Source: Glaciimonas sp. (GTDB taxonomy: Bacteria > Pseudomonadota > Gammaproteobacteria > Burkholderiales > Burkholderiaceae_D). From it: a stretch of DNA of 64,000 bases. The stretch covers positions 7,408 through 71,407 of the forward strand of contig JABBOY010000026.1 of NCBI GenBank assembly GCA_012927585.1, written 5' to 3'. A program made the position numbers and the translations under genes. Below are positions 35,041 through 44,066 of the stretch, piece by piece. Position 1 is the stretch's first letter, and each line of letters starts with the position of its first letter. Under the pieces are notes generated by a model, which made no database searches, was not told the origin of the DNA, and saw nothing but the letters and a program-made list of their open reading frames with translations.

Positions 35041-38000
35041 TCAGTTCTCCAGTCTCATAACCTTCAACGACTCAATCCCCCGGTCGTCCACAATCTTGAC
35101 TGCCACAGTATGGTTGGTGCCGGCTTCGAACGGCAGCGACACGGTGCCAACAAAGTGCGACAACAGGTCTTCGTCGAGTTCGGCGCGGATGTTCTTTTTC
35201 AGCTTCAGCCAGCCGCCGTCCTTGCCCGCCATCGGAAAGAAAACCTGGTGCGGAAACAGCGAGCGCCCGTCATAGTCGGTATCCAGCGACCAGGCGGCAA
35301 TCTTGCCTTTGCCGCCCGAGACCAGTTCGCCCTTGGCGGTATCGAAATAGTCGAAGCCATTGACCTCGACTTGCCACAGCCCGGCTTTGGTTTGCGACAA
35401 CAGCACATCGGGCTGTCCCATGAGCCAGAAACTCTGGTTGCTGGAACGCGCCTTTTTCAGATCTTCGGTCAGCATATCCGGGTTCATCTGCGCCTTCAGC
35501 GCGGTGATGCCTTTTAATGCATCGATATCCTTTGCTGCCTCCGGGTCAAACATGAAGGCGCAGAACACGATCATCTTGGGTAGCGGAAACAGTTCGCCCG
35601 CTTCGCGCAGCGCATGCTCGACCTGGCGCTGCTCCAATGCGCCGTGCTCCGGGCCGAAACTCACCACCACGCGTTCGCCACTGTCGAGGTGACCGCTGGC
35701 GTGCAGGCACGTAGTGCCGGGCAATACCTCCAACTCGGCAAATTTCAGCATCTGCCCGCCTTTGCCGCGGATGCCGGTTTTCAGCAATTCGTCGCGCCAG
35801 CCATGCTGCCGGCTGGTCGCGCCGCTGCGGGCAATGGCCAGATCGGCCGCCATCGCAGTGGGCGCCTGCGTCGCAGGCTGGTCCAGCGACAGCACGGTGG
35901 GGAAAGGCACCGCCTCCACCGTGAACGGGCCGGTAATGCGCAGCTTGTCTTTGGCCTTCTCCGGCTGGTCGTACAAGGTTTCGTTGTCGGCCTGCGCGGC
36001 GATCGAGCGATCCATCTCGGCTTGCATTTTCTGGCGCGCAGCGTGGAAACCGTCGAACGCTGCCCGGGCGCTGGCAGGCCAGTCGGGCGGGTAATCGAAC
36101 GGCACTTCCCACTCCAGCAGCGCCACGCCTTTGTTGCCGATTGCCAGCTTCTGGCCTTTGCGTGCGCCGTCAAGCACTGCAAGAGGCGCTGCGGGCGGCG
36201 CTGCTGCCAGTCCGGCGTTCAGCTTGGCCAGCGCGGCGTCGATGGCCGGATGCAGGCGTTCGTAAATTGCATCGATATCGGGATTGTTGGCGATGCTTTT
36301 GAGCGTGACGTGCGGCACGGTCTTGTAGATGAACCCGCCTTTCAAGCCTTCGTGCGGATAGCGCAGCGCGAAGTAATCGAAGCTGGCCGTCATCAGGCGC
36401 TGCTTGGCCAGCGTGATGGCGACGCGCGAAGTGTCGCAGGTGATCCAGCGCCGGCCCCATTTTTCGGCGACATAGGCGGTGGTGCCGCTGCCGCAGGTCG
36501 GGTCGAGCACCAGGTCGCCAGGGTCGGTGGTCATGAGCATGCAGCGTTCGATGACTTTTGTGGTTGTCTGAACAACGTACGACTTGTCTTGTTCAGCCGT
36601 TCCCATCGTGTCTGACCACAAGTTGCTCAAAACAAATGCGGGGAAGTCATCTACAAACATTTTGTAGTTGACGAATTCTTTGGTTAATACAAGCCGATTG
36701 CTCGCGATTAACCGGTTCATTCCCAACTTCCCAGTTTTCCACCCACCTTTACGGATTTGAATTGGGCGGCCCTTTAAGTTGAAATCGAAGGTTGTTGATT
36801 CGCTAGCAGTTTCTGAGGTTAGTGGACCTCCTAAAAAGGCCCGACAGTCCTTGGAAACGAGACCAGAGTCTTCCTTTTCCAGTTTGGACATTGCTCTCAC
36901 CCGGCCATCTGCTTCCTGAATTTGGTTGTATCTGGCACCGCCGCCGATTCCAAGTGCTTTTGGTAAGTAGAGTCGATTAAATTTTGCTTTTTGCTTGGAA
37001 CAGCAATACCAAACGACATAGTCGGATACGTTGTCAATAAATTGCTCGCCCATGCCACCGGTCTTCTTTGTGGTGATGACACTTAGAAAATTATCCGATC
37101 CAAAAATTTCATCTAGCATTTCCCGCACATGATGCAAGTTTTCATCCGAAATCTGCACAAACACGCTGCCGGTCTCACTCAACAAATCCTTCGCCAGCAA
37201 CAACCGGTCGCGCAGATACGTCAGATACGAGTGTATGCCCAGCTCCCAGGTGTCCCGAAACGCCTTGATCATTTCGGGTTCTTGCGTCAGGTCGGCATCG
37301 CTGCGGTCCTTGACGTCGCGCTTGTTGGTGAACGGCTGGAAATTGCTGCCGTACTTGATGCCATACGGCGGGTCGATGTAGATCATCTGCACCTGCCCGG
37401 CCATGCCTTCTTTTTGCAGCAGGCTGTTCATCACCAGCAGGCTGTCGCCGGCCACCAGGCGGTTGGCCCAGCCGCGGTCGTGCTTATAGAAATCCACTGC
37501 GGAGCGCAGCGGCAGGCTCTCGAACGGCGCTTCGAACAAGCTGGCCTGGAAGCCGCCGCTGGCGGCCTTGCCGTCTTTCTGGCTGCCCTGGCGCTTGCTC
37601 ACCGCCGACAGGATGCTCATAGCGTCGATGCGCTCGTGCACGTGCAGGCTGACGGTATCCACCTCGAAACTGGTGCGCTCGGCCTTGCCGCTCCACTGCA
37701 GATAGGGCGAGCCAAGGCGGCGCAACTGCTCCAGCGCGCTGCGCATGGCGGCGGGGTCGTCACCGGCCAGCGCGTCGTCGATCAGCTTTTCCGCTCCGGC
37801 ACGAGCCGAGTCAAACTGCAATGCCGGGTCCAGATGCGGGTCGTAATTCCAGACCGTCTTGGGCGTTTCGGGATCGCTGGCTTCGTTGACCAGGCCCACT
37901 TCAGGGTTGTTTTTGCGGCGCTCGGAATGGCGGTAACTCAGCACTTGCGGCTCGCCGGATGCGGCCTGCGGCGCTGCTCTGAGCTTGCGCGGCTTGGCTG

Positions 38001-38307
38001 CTGGCTTGCTTGCAAGTTGGCTTGCGAACAGGTCGGTCGTCGTGACTTCGGCTTTCAGCGCAAAGTCGGGCCTGGCCTCACCGGCAGCGCGCGCGGTGGA
38101 GCCGCCACGTCCCTTGCCCTTGATGATGCTGCCTGACGCCAAAAGAGCATCGCGGGCAATATGCAGCTCTTCCTCGGAGGCATCCACTCCATCAACGTTA
38201 CAGGCAAGTTGCAACAAGGATTTATTGCCGATGAATGAACAATCCTCTGGAAGCAGTTTTAAGATAATCGCTTGCAGCGCACGCTGACGAGTCTCGCCCA
38301 TGGTCAT
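35041..38307 (-). CDS. mod: Type III-like DNA adenine methyltransferase (Mod, beta class)
   Basis: YIDPPY motif IV precedes VLDPTCGSGTT motif I with a TRD between; start at 38307 or 38301. Confidence 0.9.
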   Translation of the reverse strand: MTMGETRQRALQAIILKLLPEDCSFIGNKSLLQLACNVDGVDASEEELHIARDALLASGSIIKGKGRGGSTARAAGEARPDFALKAEVTTTDLFASQLASKPAAKPRKLRAAPQAASGEPQVLSYRHSERRKNNPEVGLVNEASDPETPKTVWNYDPHLDPALQFDSARAGAEKLIDDALAGDDPAAMRSALEQLRRLGSPYLQWSGKAERTSFEVDTVSLHVHERIDAMSILSAVSKRQGSQKDGKAASGGFQASLFEAPFESLPLRSAVDFYKHDRGWANRLVAGDSLLVMNSLLQKEGMAGQVQMIYIDPPYGIKYGSNFQPFTNKRDVKDRSDADLTQEPEMIKAFRDTWELGIHSYLTYLRDRLLLAKDLLSETGSVFVQISDENLHHVREMLDEIFGSDNFLSVITTKKTGGMGEQFIDNVSDYVVWYCCSKQKAKFNRLYLPKALGIGGGARYNQIQEADGRVRAMSKLEKEDSGLVSKDCRAFLGGPLTSETASESTTFDFNLKGRPIQIRKGGWKTGKLGMNRLIASNRLVLTKEFVNYKMFVDDFPAFVLSNLWSDTMGTAEQDKSYVVQTTTKVIERCMLMTTDPGDLVLDPTCGSGTTAYVAEKWGRRWITCDTSRVAITLAKQRLMTASFDYFALRYPHEGLKGGFIYKTVPHVTLKSIANNPDIDAIYERLHPAIDAALAKLNAGLAAAPPAAPLAVLDGARKGQKLAIGNKGVALLEWEVPFDYPPDWPASARAAFDGFHAARQKMQAEMDRSIAAQADNETLYDQPEKAKDKLRITGPFTVEAVPFPTVLSLDQPATQAPTAMAADLAIARSGATSRQHGWRDELLKTGIRGKGGQMLKFAELEVLPGTTCLHASGHLDSGERVVVSFGPEHGALEQRQVEHALREAGELFPLPKMIVFCAFMFDPEAAKDIDALKGITALKAQMNPDMLTEDLKKARSSNQSFWLMGQPDVLLSQTKAGLWQVEVNGFDYFDTAKGELVSGGKGKIAAWSLDTDYDGRSLFPHQVFFPMAGKDGGWLKLKKNIRAELDEDLLSHFVGTVSLPFEAGTNHTVAVKIVDDRGIESLKVMRLEN

Positions 38308-38459
38308 TCCCTGAATAATGTATTGAACCCGAATTTCGGCAACGATGGTAACAGTCTCTGGCGGGGAAGTTGTCAAAAAATTTCCACTGTGCAAATAGCG
38401 TATTTTTAATCACACGCGTAACCAATGTTACGCAACGCATTATGGTAAAAAACAATGTC

Positions 38460-38663
38460 CACGAAATACACGAAAGGCACGAAAAAAATCGGATGCAAGC
38501 CGCAATTTTTGTCCGATCCAATTGCGCTGTCTTCAAAAAAAATACAGTATATTTTACCTACGCAATAAATATATGCGGAAAATGCCATAAAAATGACGAT
38601 ACTCCTCATTTTATGAAAAACACCGGAGTGTCAGGCCGGTTCGCGCTTTTCGTGTCTTTCGTG
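38460..38663. repeat. 204-bp element bounded by 24-bp inverted repeats built from 9-bp CACGAAA units
   Basis: CACGAAATACACGAAAGGCACGAA (38460-38483) vs reverse complement of 38640-38663 CACGAAAGACACGAAAAGCGCGAA: 21/24 identical. Confidence 0.75.
38547..38612 (-). repeat. AT-rich dispersed element copy 3
   Basis: Minus: AAAATGAGGA-GTAT-N20-CCGCAT-N22-ATAC. Confidence 0.7.
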
Positions 38664-38686
38664 AACCAGTGCGTAAGTTCGGCATC

Positions 38687-38770
38687 GTAGGTCGGGTTAG
38701 CGGCTTCATCGCGTAACCCGACATTTGCGGCTAAAAGAATGTCGGGTTACGCTACGCTAACCCAACCTAC
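38687..38770. repeat. GTAG-type REP doublet (REPIN), family B
   Basis: GTAGGTCGGGTTAGCG-N-CGTAACCCGAC plus inverted unit ending CCAACCTAC. Confidence 0.85.
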
Positions 38771-38792
38771 TAAAAACCGTTGCAATGTTTGT

Positions 38793-39353
38793 TCAGTCCA
38801 GCACGCAGAGCGCGCCGTAAGCGATTTGATGCGCGCTGCCGACTGCAACGGCAGCAATCTCTTCCAGCGACCGCTCTGACGAGCAAGCCAGCGACAGGCG
38901 AATGATGCCGGCATGGCAAAGCACGATTGCGGACTCAAACGGCAAGCGTGCCAGATCGGCATGGAAGGTGTGTACCCGTGTGATTACTTGCAGCACGCTT
39001 TCGCCGCCGCCGGGGCGGTAATGAATCAAATCTGCGGCCCAGGCGTCGATTTCATTGCGAGCGATTGCATCCCAGGAACGCATTTCCCAGCCGCCGAAAT
39101 CCATTTCCGCCAAACGCGCATCGAACTGTACTGCAGCGCCGCCGCGTGCTGCGGATAACTGCTGCGCCAGCGTCGCGCAACGCAATAAAGGGCTGCTGAA
39201 GATCGGTGTTGCCGGCGGCAACGCTTGCAGTTGCGGCAGCAATGCCGCCAGCGTTGTGGCTTGTTCCTGGACTGAAACCGTCAAGTCACTGCGGCCGTAG
39301 CACATTTCGGGCGCGACCTCAGGCCGAGGATGGCGGATCAGATAAATGCGCAT
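38793..39353 (-). CDS. cobC: Histidine phosphatase, alpha-ribazole phosphatase-like
   Basis: LIRHPRP, SSPLLRC, EMDFGGWE, GGES, CHAG; downstream of cobS. Confidence 0.82.
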   Translation of the reverse strand: MRIYLIRHPRPEVAPEMCYGRSDLTVSVQEQATTLAALLPQLQALPPATPIFSSPLLRCATLAQQLSAARGGAAVQFDARLAEMDFGGWEMRSWDAIARNEIDAWAADLIHYRPGGGESVLQVITRVHTFHADLARLPFESAIVLCHAGIIRLSLACSSERSLEEIAAVAVGSAHQIAYGALCVLD

Positions 39354-39367
39354 GCGCTAACTTCTGC

Positions 39368-40177
39368 TCATGCCATGACGGCCAGCAGGCCAAGATAAAA
39401 CGCGACTTCGGCCACTTGCTGTACCGCGCCCAGGCAATCGCCGGTATAGCCGCCGATACGCTGGACGAACTTGCGCGCCAAAAAGGCCGTTGCCAGCGTC
39501 GCACAGATTGCACCGGCCAGCAGCCCTTGCCACGCGATCCAGCCTAACCCCAGTACGATTGCCGTCGGCAGCGCAACTGTTAGCGCCGCGATCAGAAATT
39601 CGGCAGACGACATCTGCTGCGCCAACGGTTTGGCCTTGCCTTCCACCTTCGCGTACTGCAGTTGCCAGATCAACGTAGTGGCCAACAGGCGCGACAAAGT
39701 GTGTCCCAGCAGTAGCGCAATCACGACACTCGCGCCCGGCAGGCTGGAGAGCAGCACGCATTTGAACGCCAGCAACAGCGCGATGCCGATTGCGCCGTAT
39801 GCGCCGACGCGGGAATCCTGCATGATTTCCAGCACCCGCTGCTGCGTGAGGCCGCCGCCAAAGCCGTCACAAACATCGGCAAAACCGTCTTCATGAAAAG
39901 CGCCGGTCAGATAAATGCCGGCGCTGGTCGACAACAGCACCGCCACCGCTTGCGGCCACAGCAGCGCCGACAACGCATACACGGCGGCGGTAACTGCCGC
40001 CACCACCCAACCGACAGACGGGAAATAGCGCACCGCGTGCTGCAACCAAGCGGACTCGAACCCGACCCAGCGCGGAATCGGTATGCGCGTAAAGAATTGC
40101 AGCGCAATAAAGAACAGCCGCAACTGATGCAGGCAACGATTCATCAAACCTGGCGGTTGGTATGCAGTGGATGGCAT
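39368..40177 (-). CDS. cobS: Adenosylcobinamide-GDP ribazoletransferase
   Basis: LQFFTRIP, TGAFHEDGFAD, IMQDSRVGAYG, GGYTGDCLGA; start 40177 or 40144 (ORF-track extension overlaps cobT). Confidence 0.93.
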   Translation of the reverse strand: MPSTAYQPPGLMNRCLHQLRLFFIALQFFTRIPIPRWVGFESAWLQHAVRYFPSVGWVVAAVTAAVYALSALLWPQAVAVLLSTSAGIYLTGAFHEDGFADVCDGFGGGLTQQRVLEIMQDSRVGAYGAIGIALLLAFKCVLLSSLPGASVVIALLLGHTLSRLLATTLIWQLQYAKVEGKAKPLAQQMSSAEFLIAALTVALPTAIVLGLGWIAWQGLLAGAICATLATAFLARKFVQRIGGYTGDCLGAVQQVAEVAFYLGLLAVMA

Positions 40178-40193
40178 CGGAGAATTGATTGTG

Positions 40194-41231
40194 TTATTCC
40201 GTCTTTTCACTGACCTGCGCCGATTCGAAAGTCGCCATCTGGCACAGGAAATTGGCCGCCGCTTGCAACAACGGCAAAGCCAGCGCCGCGCCGGTGCCCT
40301 CACCCAGCCGCAAATCCAGCTGCAACAACGGTTTTGCGCCCAGATGGGCCAGCATGCGCTGGTGGCCGCTCTCGTTGGAGCAATGCGCAAACACGCAATA
40401 ATCCAACAGCGCCGGTTGCAACTGTGCTGCCACCAGCAAGGCTGAGGTGACGATAAAACCGTCAACCAGCACTGTCATGCGGCGTTCAGCCGCCCCCAGC
40501 ATGGCGCCAACCATCATCGCGATCTCGAAGCCGCCGAAGGTGGCCAGCACATCCAGCGGTTCCAGCACGCCGGCGTGGAATGCGACCGCCTGCTCAATCA
40601 CCTGACGCTTATGTTGAATACCGTCAGGTGCCAGCCCAGTGCCGGCACCGACGCAATCGACCACCGGGATACCGCTCATCTTGTGCATCAGCGCCGCGCC
40701 TGCAGTGGTATTGCCGATGCCCATTTCACCAAAGCCGACTAGGTTGCCGTCCAGCGCAGCCACCAGCGCGTAGCCGTGCTGCATCGCCTGCGCGCACTCG
40801 ACTGCACTCATCGCCGCTTGCCGGGCGAAATTGTGCGTACCCAGCGCAACTTTACGGTCGATCAAGCCGTCACGCGGTCCAAAATCGTGATTCACGCCGG
40901 CATCGACAATCTGCAACGCGCAACCGGTCTGACGCGCAAAGACGTTGATGGCGGCACCTTGCGCCAAAAAATTCTCTACCATCTGCCAGGTCACGCTTTG
41001 CGGAAAGGCTGAAATATTTTCCGCGGTAATGCCGTGATCGGCGGCGAACACAATGACCGCCGGTTGACGTATCGCCGGCTGCGTGGTCTGCTGGATCAGC
41101 CCTAGCTGTTTTGCAAGCGTTTCAAGCAAGCCCAGGCTGCCGAGCGGTTTGGTCTTGTTGTTGATAGCTACGTCCAACTGCGCAGACAGGGCGACATCGA
41201 AAGTGGAATTGATCTTGGTAAATGGCGACAT
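40194..41231 (-). CDS. cobT: Nicotinate-nucleotide-dimethylbenzimidazole phosphoribosyltransferase
   Basis: TKPLGSLGLLE, FAADHG, GEMGIGNTT, LRLGEGTGAAL; start trimmed to MSPFT. Confidence 0.95.
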   Translation of the reverse strand: MSPFTKINSTFDVALSAQLDVAINNKTKPLGSLGLLETLAKQLGLIQQTTQPAIRQPAVIVFAADHGITAENISAFPQSVTWQMVENFLAQGAAINVFARQTGCALQIVDAGVNHDFGPRDGLIDRKVALGTHNFARQAAMSAVECAQAMQHGYALVAALDGNLVGFGEMGIGNTTAGAALMHKMSGIPVVDCVGAGTGLAPDGIQHKRQVIEQAVAFHAGVLEPLDVLATFGGFEIAMMVGAMLGAAERRMTVLVDGFIVTSALLVAAQLQPALLDYCVFAHCSNESGHQRMLAHLGAKPLLQLDLRLGEGTGAALALPLLQAAANFLCQMATFESAQVSEKTE

Positions 41232-41301
41232 GGGAATAATGGTTGGTGGTCTCGGCCGCGGCTGCGAACCAAGCTTGATATTCAGTAATACCGGCGGTTT
41301 T

Positions 41302-41384
41302 GTAGGTCGGGTTAGCGGCTTCATCGGGTAACCCGACATTTACGGCTGAGAATGTCGGGTTACGCTATCGCTAACCCGACCTAC
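41302..41384. repeat. GTAG-type REP doublet (REPIN), family B, second copy
   Basis: Near-identical to 38687-38770 and in the same orientation. Confidence 0.85.
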
Positions 41385-41556
41385 CGATTCCGGCTCGCTC
41401 TGCTTGAGAAGTGCATAACATCAGTTAAGTAATACCGGCAGACGGCTAGTGTAGGCAAGCTGAGCAAGTACGTCAAACTGCAAATACAGATGCGGCAATG
41501 CGTTATCCTTGCGCATTGAAGCCAGCGCCAGCCCTCATACCGACCAAACTCTTGCC

Positions 41557-42414
41557 ATGAAAAATCCGACAGGCTATTACAGCCGGCAATACAATGCGCG
41601 CGCCATGATTCCCGAGCATTCCCGCATCTTTACCCGCTGGATCCACGATTCGGCCCATGTGCGGCGCACCAAACTCGGCCTATACGATCTCCCTTATGGC
41701 GAATCGGCGGGCGAACGACTGGATTTTTTTCCAGCCAGGCGAGGTGGAGCAGCACTGCTGGTATTCATCCACGGCGGCTGGTGGCGTTCGCTGGACAAGA
41801 GCAATTTTTCCTTTATCGCCCCACCCTATCTGGAAGCCGGATTCAATGTCGCGCTGCCGAATTACACGCTAGCGCCGCACGCCACTATTGAAGACATCAC
41901 TCGCCAGCAGCTGCGCGCACTGGCCTGGCTATACCGACGCGCCGAACAGTACGATTTCGACCCGCAACGGATTGTCGTTGTCGGCCACTCTGCCGGCGCG
42001 CATCTGGCGGCGATGATGATGGCCGCCCTCTGGCCGGTATTCGACCCGGAACTACCGGTAGACCTGATCAAGGGCGGCGTGCTGTTGTCCGGTATTTATG
42101 ACCTGAAGCCGCTGCTGCAGGCCGATTTCGTCAATACAGATTTGCAACTAAGCGCGCCACGCGCCGCCATGCTGTCGCCAGCCTGGATGCCGCAAGCGCA
42201 CCAAACCCCTTTCCTGAGTGCAGTCGGCGGCGGTGAATCGAATGAATTCAAACGGCAAACCGCGCTGATCGACACAGCCTGGAAAACCAGCCACCTCGGC
42301 AATATCGCGCTAGCCAGCGAAAACCACCTGACCGTCTGCGACGCATTCGCGACGACCGGCCACCCGCTGTTCGAGGCCGTCGTGAAACTCGTGGCGGGAC
42401 TGAAAACGCGTTGA
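41557..42414 (+). CDS. Alpha/beta hydrolase (arylformamidase-like)
   Basis: FIHGGWWRSLDK, GHSAGAHL, catalytic His in ENHL. Confidence 0.85.
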   Translation: MKNPTGYYSRQYNARAMIPEHSRIFTRWIHDSAHVRRTKLGLYDLPYGESAGERLDFFPARRGGAALLVFIHGGWWRSLDKSNFSFIAPPYLEAGFNVALPNYTLAPHATIEDITRQQLRALAWLYRRAEQYDFDPQRIVVVGHSAGAHLAAMMMAALWPVFDPELPVDLIKGGVLLSGIYDLKPLLQADFVNTDLQLSAPRAAMLSPAWMPQAHQTPFLSAVGGGESNEFKRQTALIDTAWKTSHLGNIALASENHLTVCDAFATTGHPLFEAVVKLVAGLKTR

Positions 42415-42445
42415 AAAATTTCTTAAAAATTAAATACATACCATT

Positions 42446-42511
42446 GTATTTTTGCAATCCGCAATTAAAATATGCGGAACACCCCATGTTTTCTTGCATA
42501 CTCCATCAAAA
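42446..42511 (-). repeat. AT-rich dispersed element copy 4
   Basis: Minus: GATGGA-GTAT-N20-CCGCAT-N22-ATAC; between convergent genes. Confidence 0.7.
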
Positions 42512-42548
42512 AACGTAAAATAAATTACTGTTTAGCGGCAGGAACCGG

Positions 42549-43802
42549 CTACAGCACTAAGAAGAAAAGCGCCGCCACACTCGTTGGCAATAGTGCTCCC
42601 AGCAACAGACCGCCAGCACCGATCGACGCATCATTGAAGCCGTTGCGCAGCAATGCCACGCCGGCAGGATTGGGGGCGTTTGCAATCACGGTGAGGCCGC
42701 CGCCGGCCACAGCGCCGGCAACCAGCATGTACTGGGCTTGATTGGACATTCCCTCGATCAATGAACCCAGATAGGTCAGCGCCGCATTGTCCGTAATGGC
42801 GGTCAAACCCAGTGCGCCAAAGAACAACGCGGTCGGCTCAAGACTGGAGACAATCGGCTGCAGCCACCATTGTTGCATCCCTCCCAGAACCACCAAACCG
42901 GCAAGAAAGAAACCGACCAGCAAGCCCTCTTTCAGTATCAGCGGAGTTTGGTATTGTGCATAGGCTTGGGTAAATCCCATGAAAAACAGGAAAAGCCCGA
43001 CGAACACCACCGGATGATGCGCAGAAATGACGACGGCGACCAGGAACAACAGATGAATCGCACGCACCAGCCAAGGCACTGCGAGTTCCGTCGTTGCGGC
43101 GTGATCCTGCTTTAAATTGCCGACGTGGCTGCGTAGCAAAAAGGTAATGACTGTTGCGTTGACAATGACCGCGAGACAGGCTTTCCAGCCAAAATGGGTT
43201 GCCATGAAAAGACTATCCCATTGCCAGGTGGCGGCCACCATTAGTACCGGCGGCGCGGCAAACGAGGTTAAGGTGCCACCGATGGACACGTTCACGAAGA
43301 GCACGCCGAGAGCGCCGTATTTCAGCCATTCTGGAATCCCTTGCCGAAAAACCTGCGGCGCCAAAATCAGCGCTGCCAGCGTCATGGCGGCAGGCTCCGT
43401 AATCAGCGAACCGATCAGAGGTACCAGCGCCAAACCAAGCCAGACGCTTGCGACAGCGGAATTTACCGGAACCAGCGCCGCAATCGCGGCAACCAGTCCT
43501 TTCACCGTATCCAAAACCGGCCTCGACGCAGCCACCACCATAACGACGAACACGAACATGGGTTCCGTATATTGGCGCGATTCCGCGTATTCAACGGCCT
43601 GCGTTGCGCCCACCGCCAGCGCCATTATGACCAGCAGAATAAAGGCCCAAAATCCGAAGACCACTTCGATTTCGCCCAGCAGATGAAACAAGCCGGCGTG
43701 TTTGGAATGGCGATCGGCAAGACGTTCAAAATATTTTGCGGCAAAAGTATGAGCCAGCGCGATAGCAAAAAGAATAACGGCAATAATATTAATGTTGTCC
43801 AT
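42549..43802 (-). CDS. Putative Na+/H+ antiporter (DUF1504-like)
   Basis: Multi-pass membrane protein, GEIEVVFGFW, ITEPAAMT, TDNAALTY, ANAPNPAG. Confidence 0.75.
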   Translation of the reverse strand: MDNINIIAVILFAIALAHTFAAKYFERLADRHSKHAGLFHLLGEIEVVFGFWAFILLVIMALAVGATQAVEYAESRQYTEPMFVFVVMVVAASRPVLDTVKGLVAAIAALVPVNSAVASVWLGLALVPLIGSLITEPAAMTLAALILAPQVFRQGIPEWLKYGALGVLFVNVSIGGTLTSFAAPPVLMVAATWQWDSLFMATHFGWKACLAVIVNATVITFLLRSHVGNLKQDHAATTELAVPWLVRAIHLLFLVAVVISAHHPVVFVGLFLFFMGFTQAYAQYQTPLILKEGLLVGFFLAGLVVLGGMQQWWLQPIVSSLEPTALFFGALGLTAITDNAALTYLGSLIEGMSNQAQYMLVAGAVAGGGLTVIANAPNPAGVALLRNGFNDASIGAGGLLLGALLPTSVAALFFLVL

Positions 43803-44066
43803 TTTTTTTGATTGTTTTGATTGTTTTGCTTGTGTTAAGCGGGCTTTCCATTATGAAGCAACATCGGCGCTGCGACGCTAGACCATAATGTGCAAAAGCA
43901 GCCCAGCTCGTCAGGGCTGGCGGCGACAAGGTGAATCACCGCAAAAGGTAATCTTATTGCCGCCTGCATGAATCACTGTATCGATACAACCGATTGATGT
44001 ATTTTGTGACTTTTCTGGAAAAATCATATTTTCCAGAATGAATGGAGTGCCGGTACTTGGCGTGAT

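Noticed and set aside
36471-36500. Mod inactivation because motif I reads TCGSG rather than FxGSG
   Set aside because: DPTCGSGTT is a variant I recall as normal in this Mod subfamily, and DPPY is intact.
38687-38770. REP doublets as a CRISPR array
   Set aside because: Inverted pairs, not direct repeats with unique spacers; no cas genes.
41232-41556. Cobalamin riboswitch upstream of cobT
   Set aside because: No B12-box or GGGAA core recognisable; the gap is mostly a REPIN.
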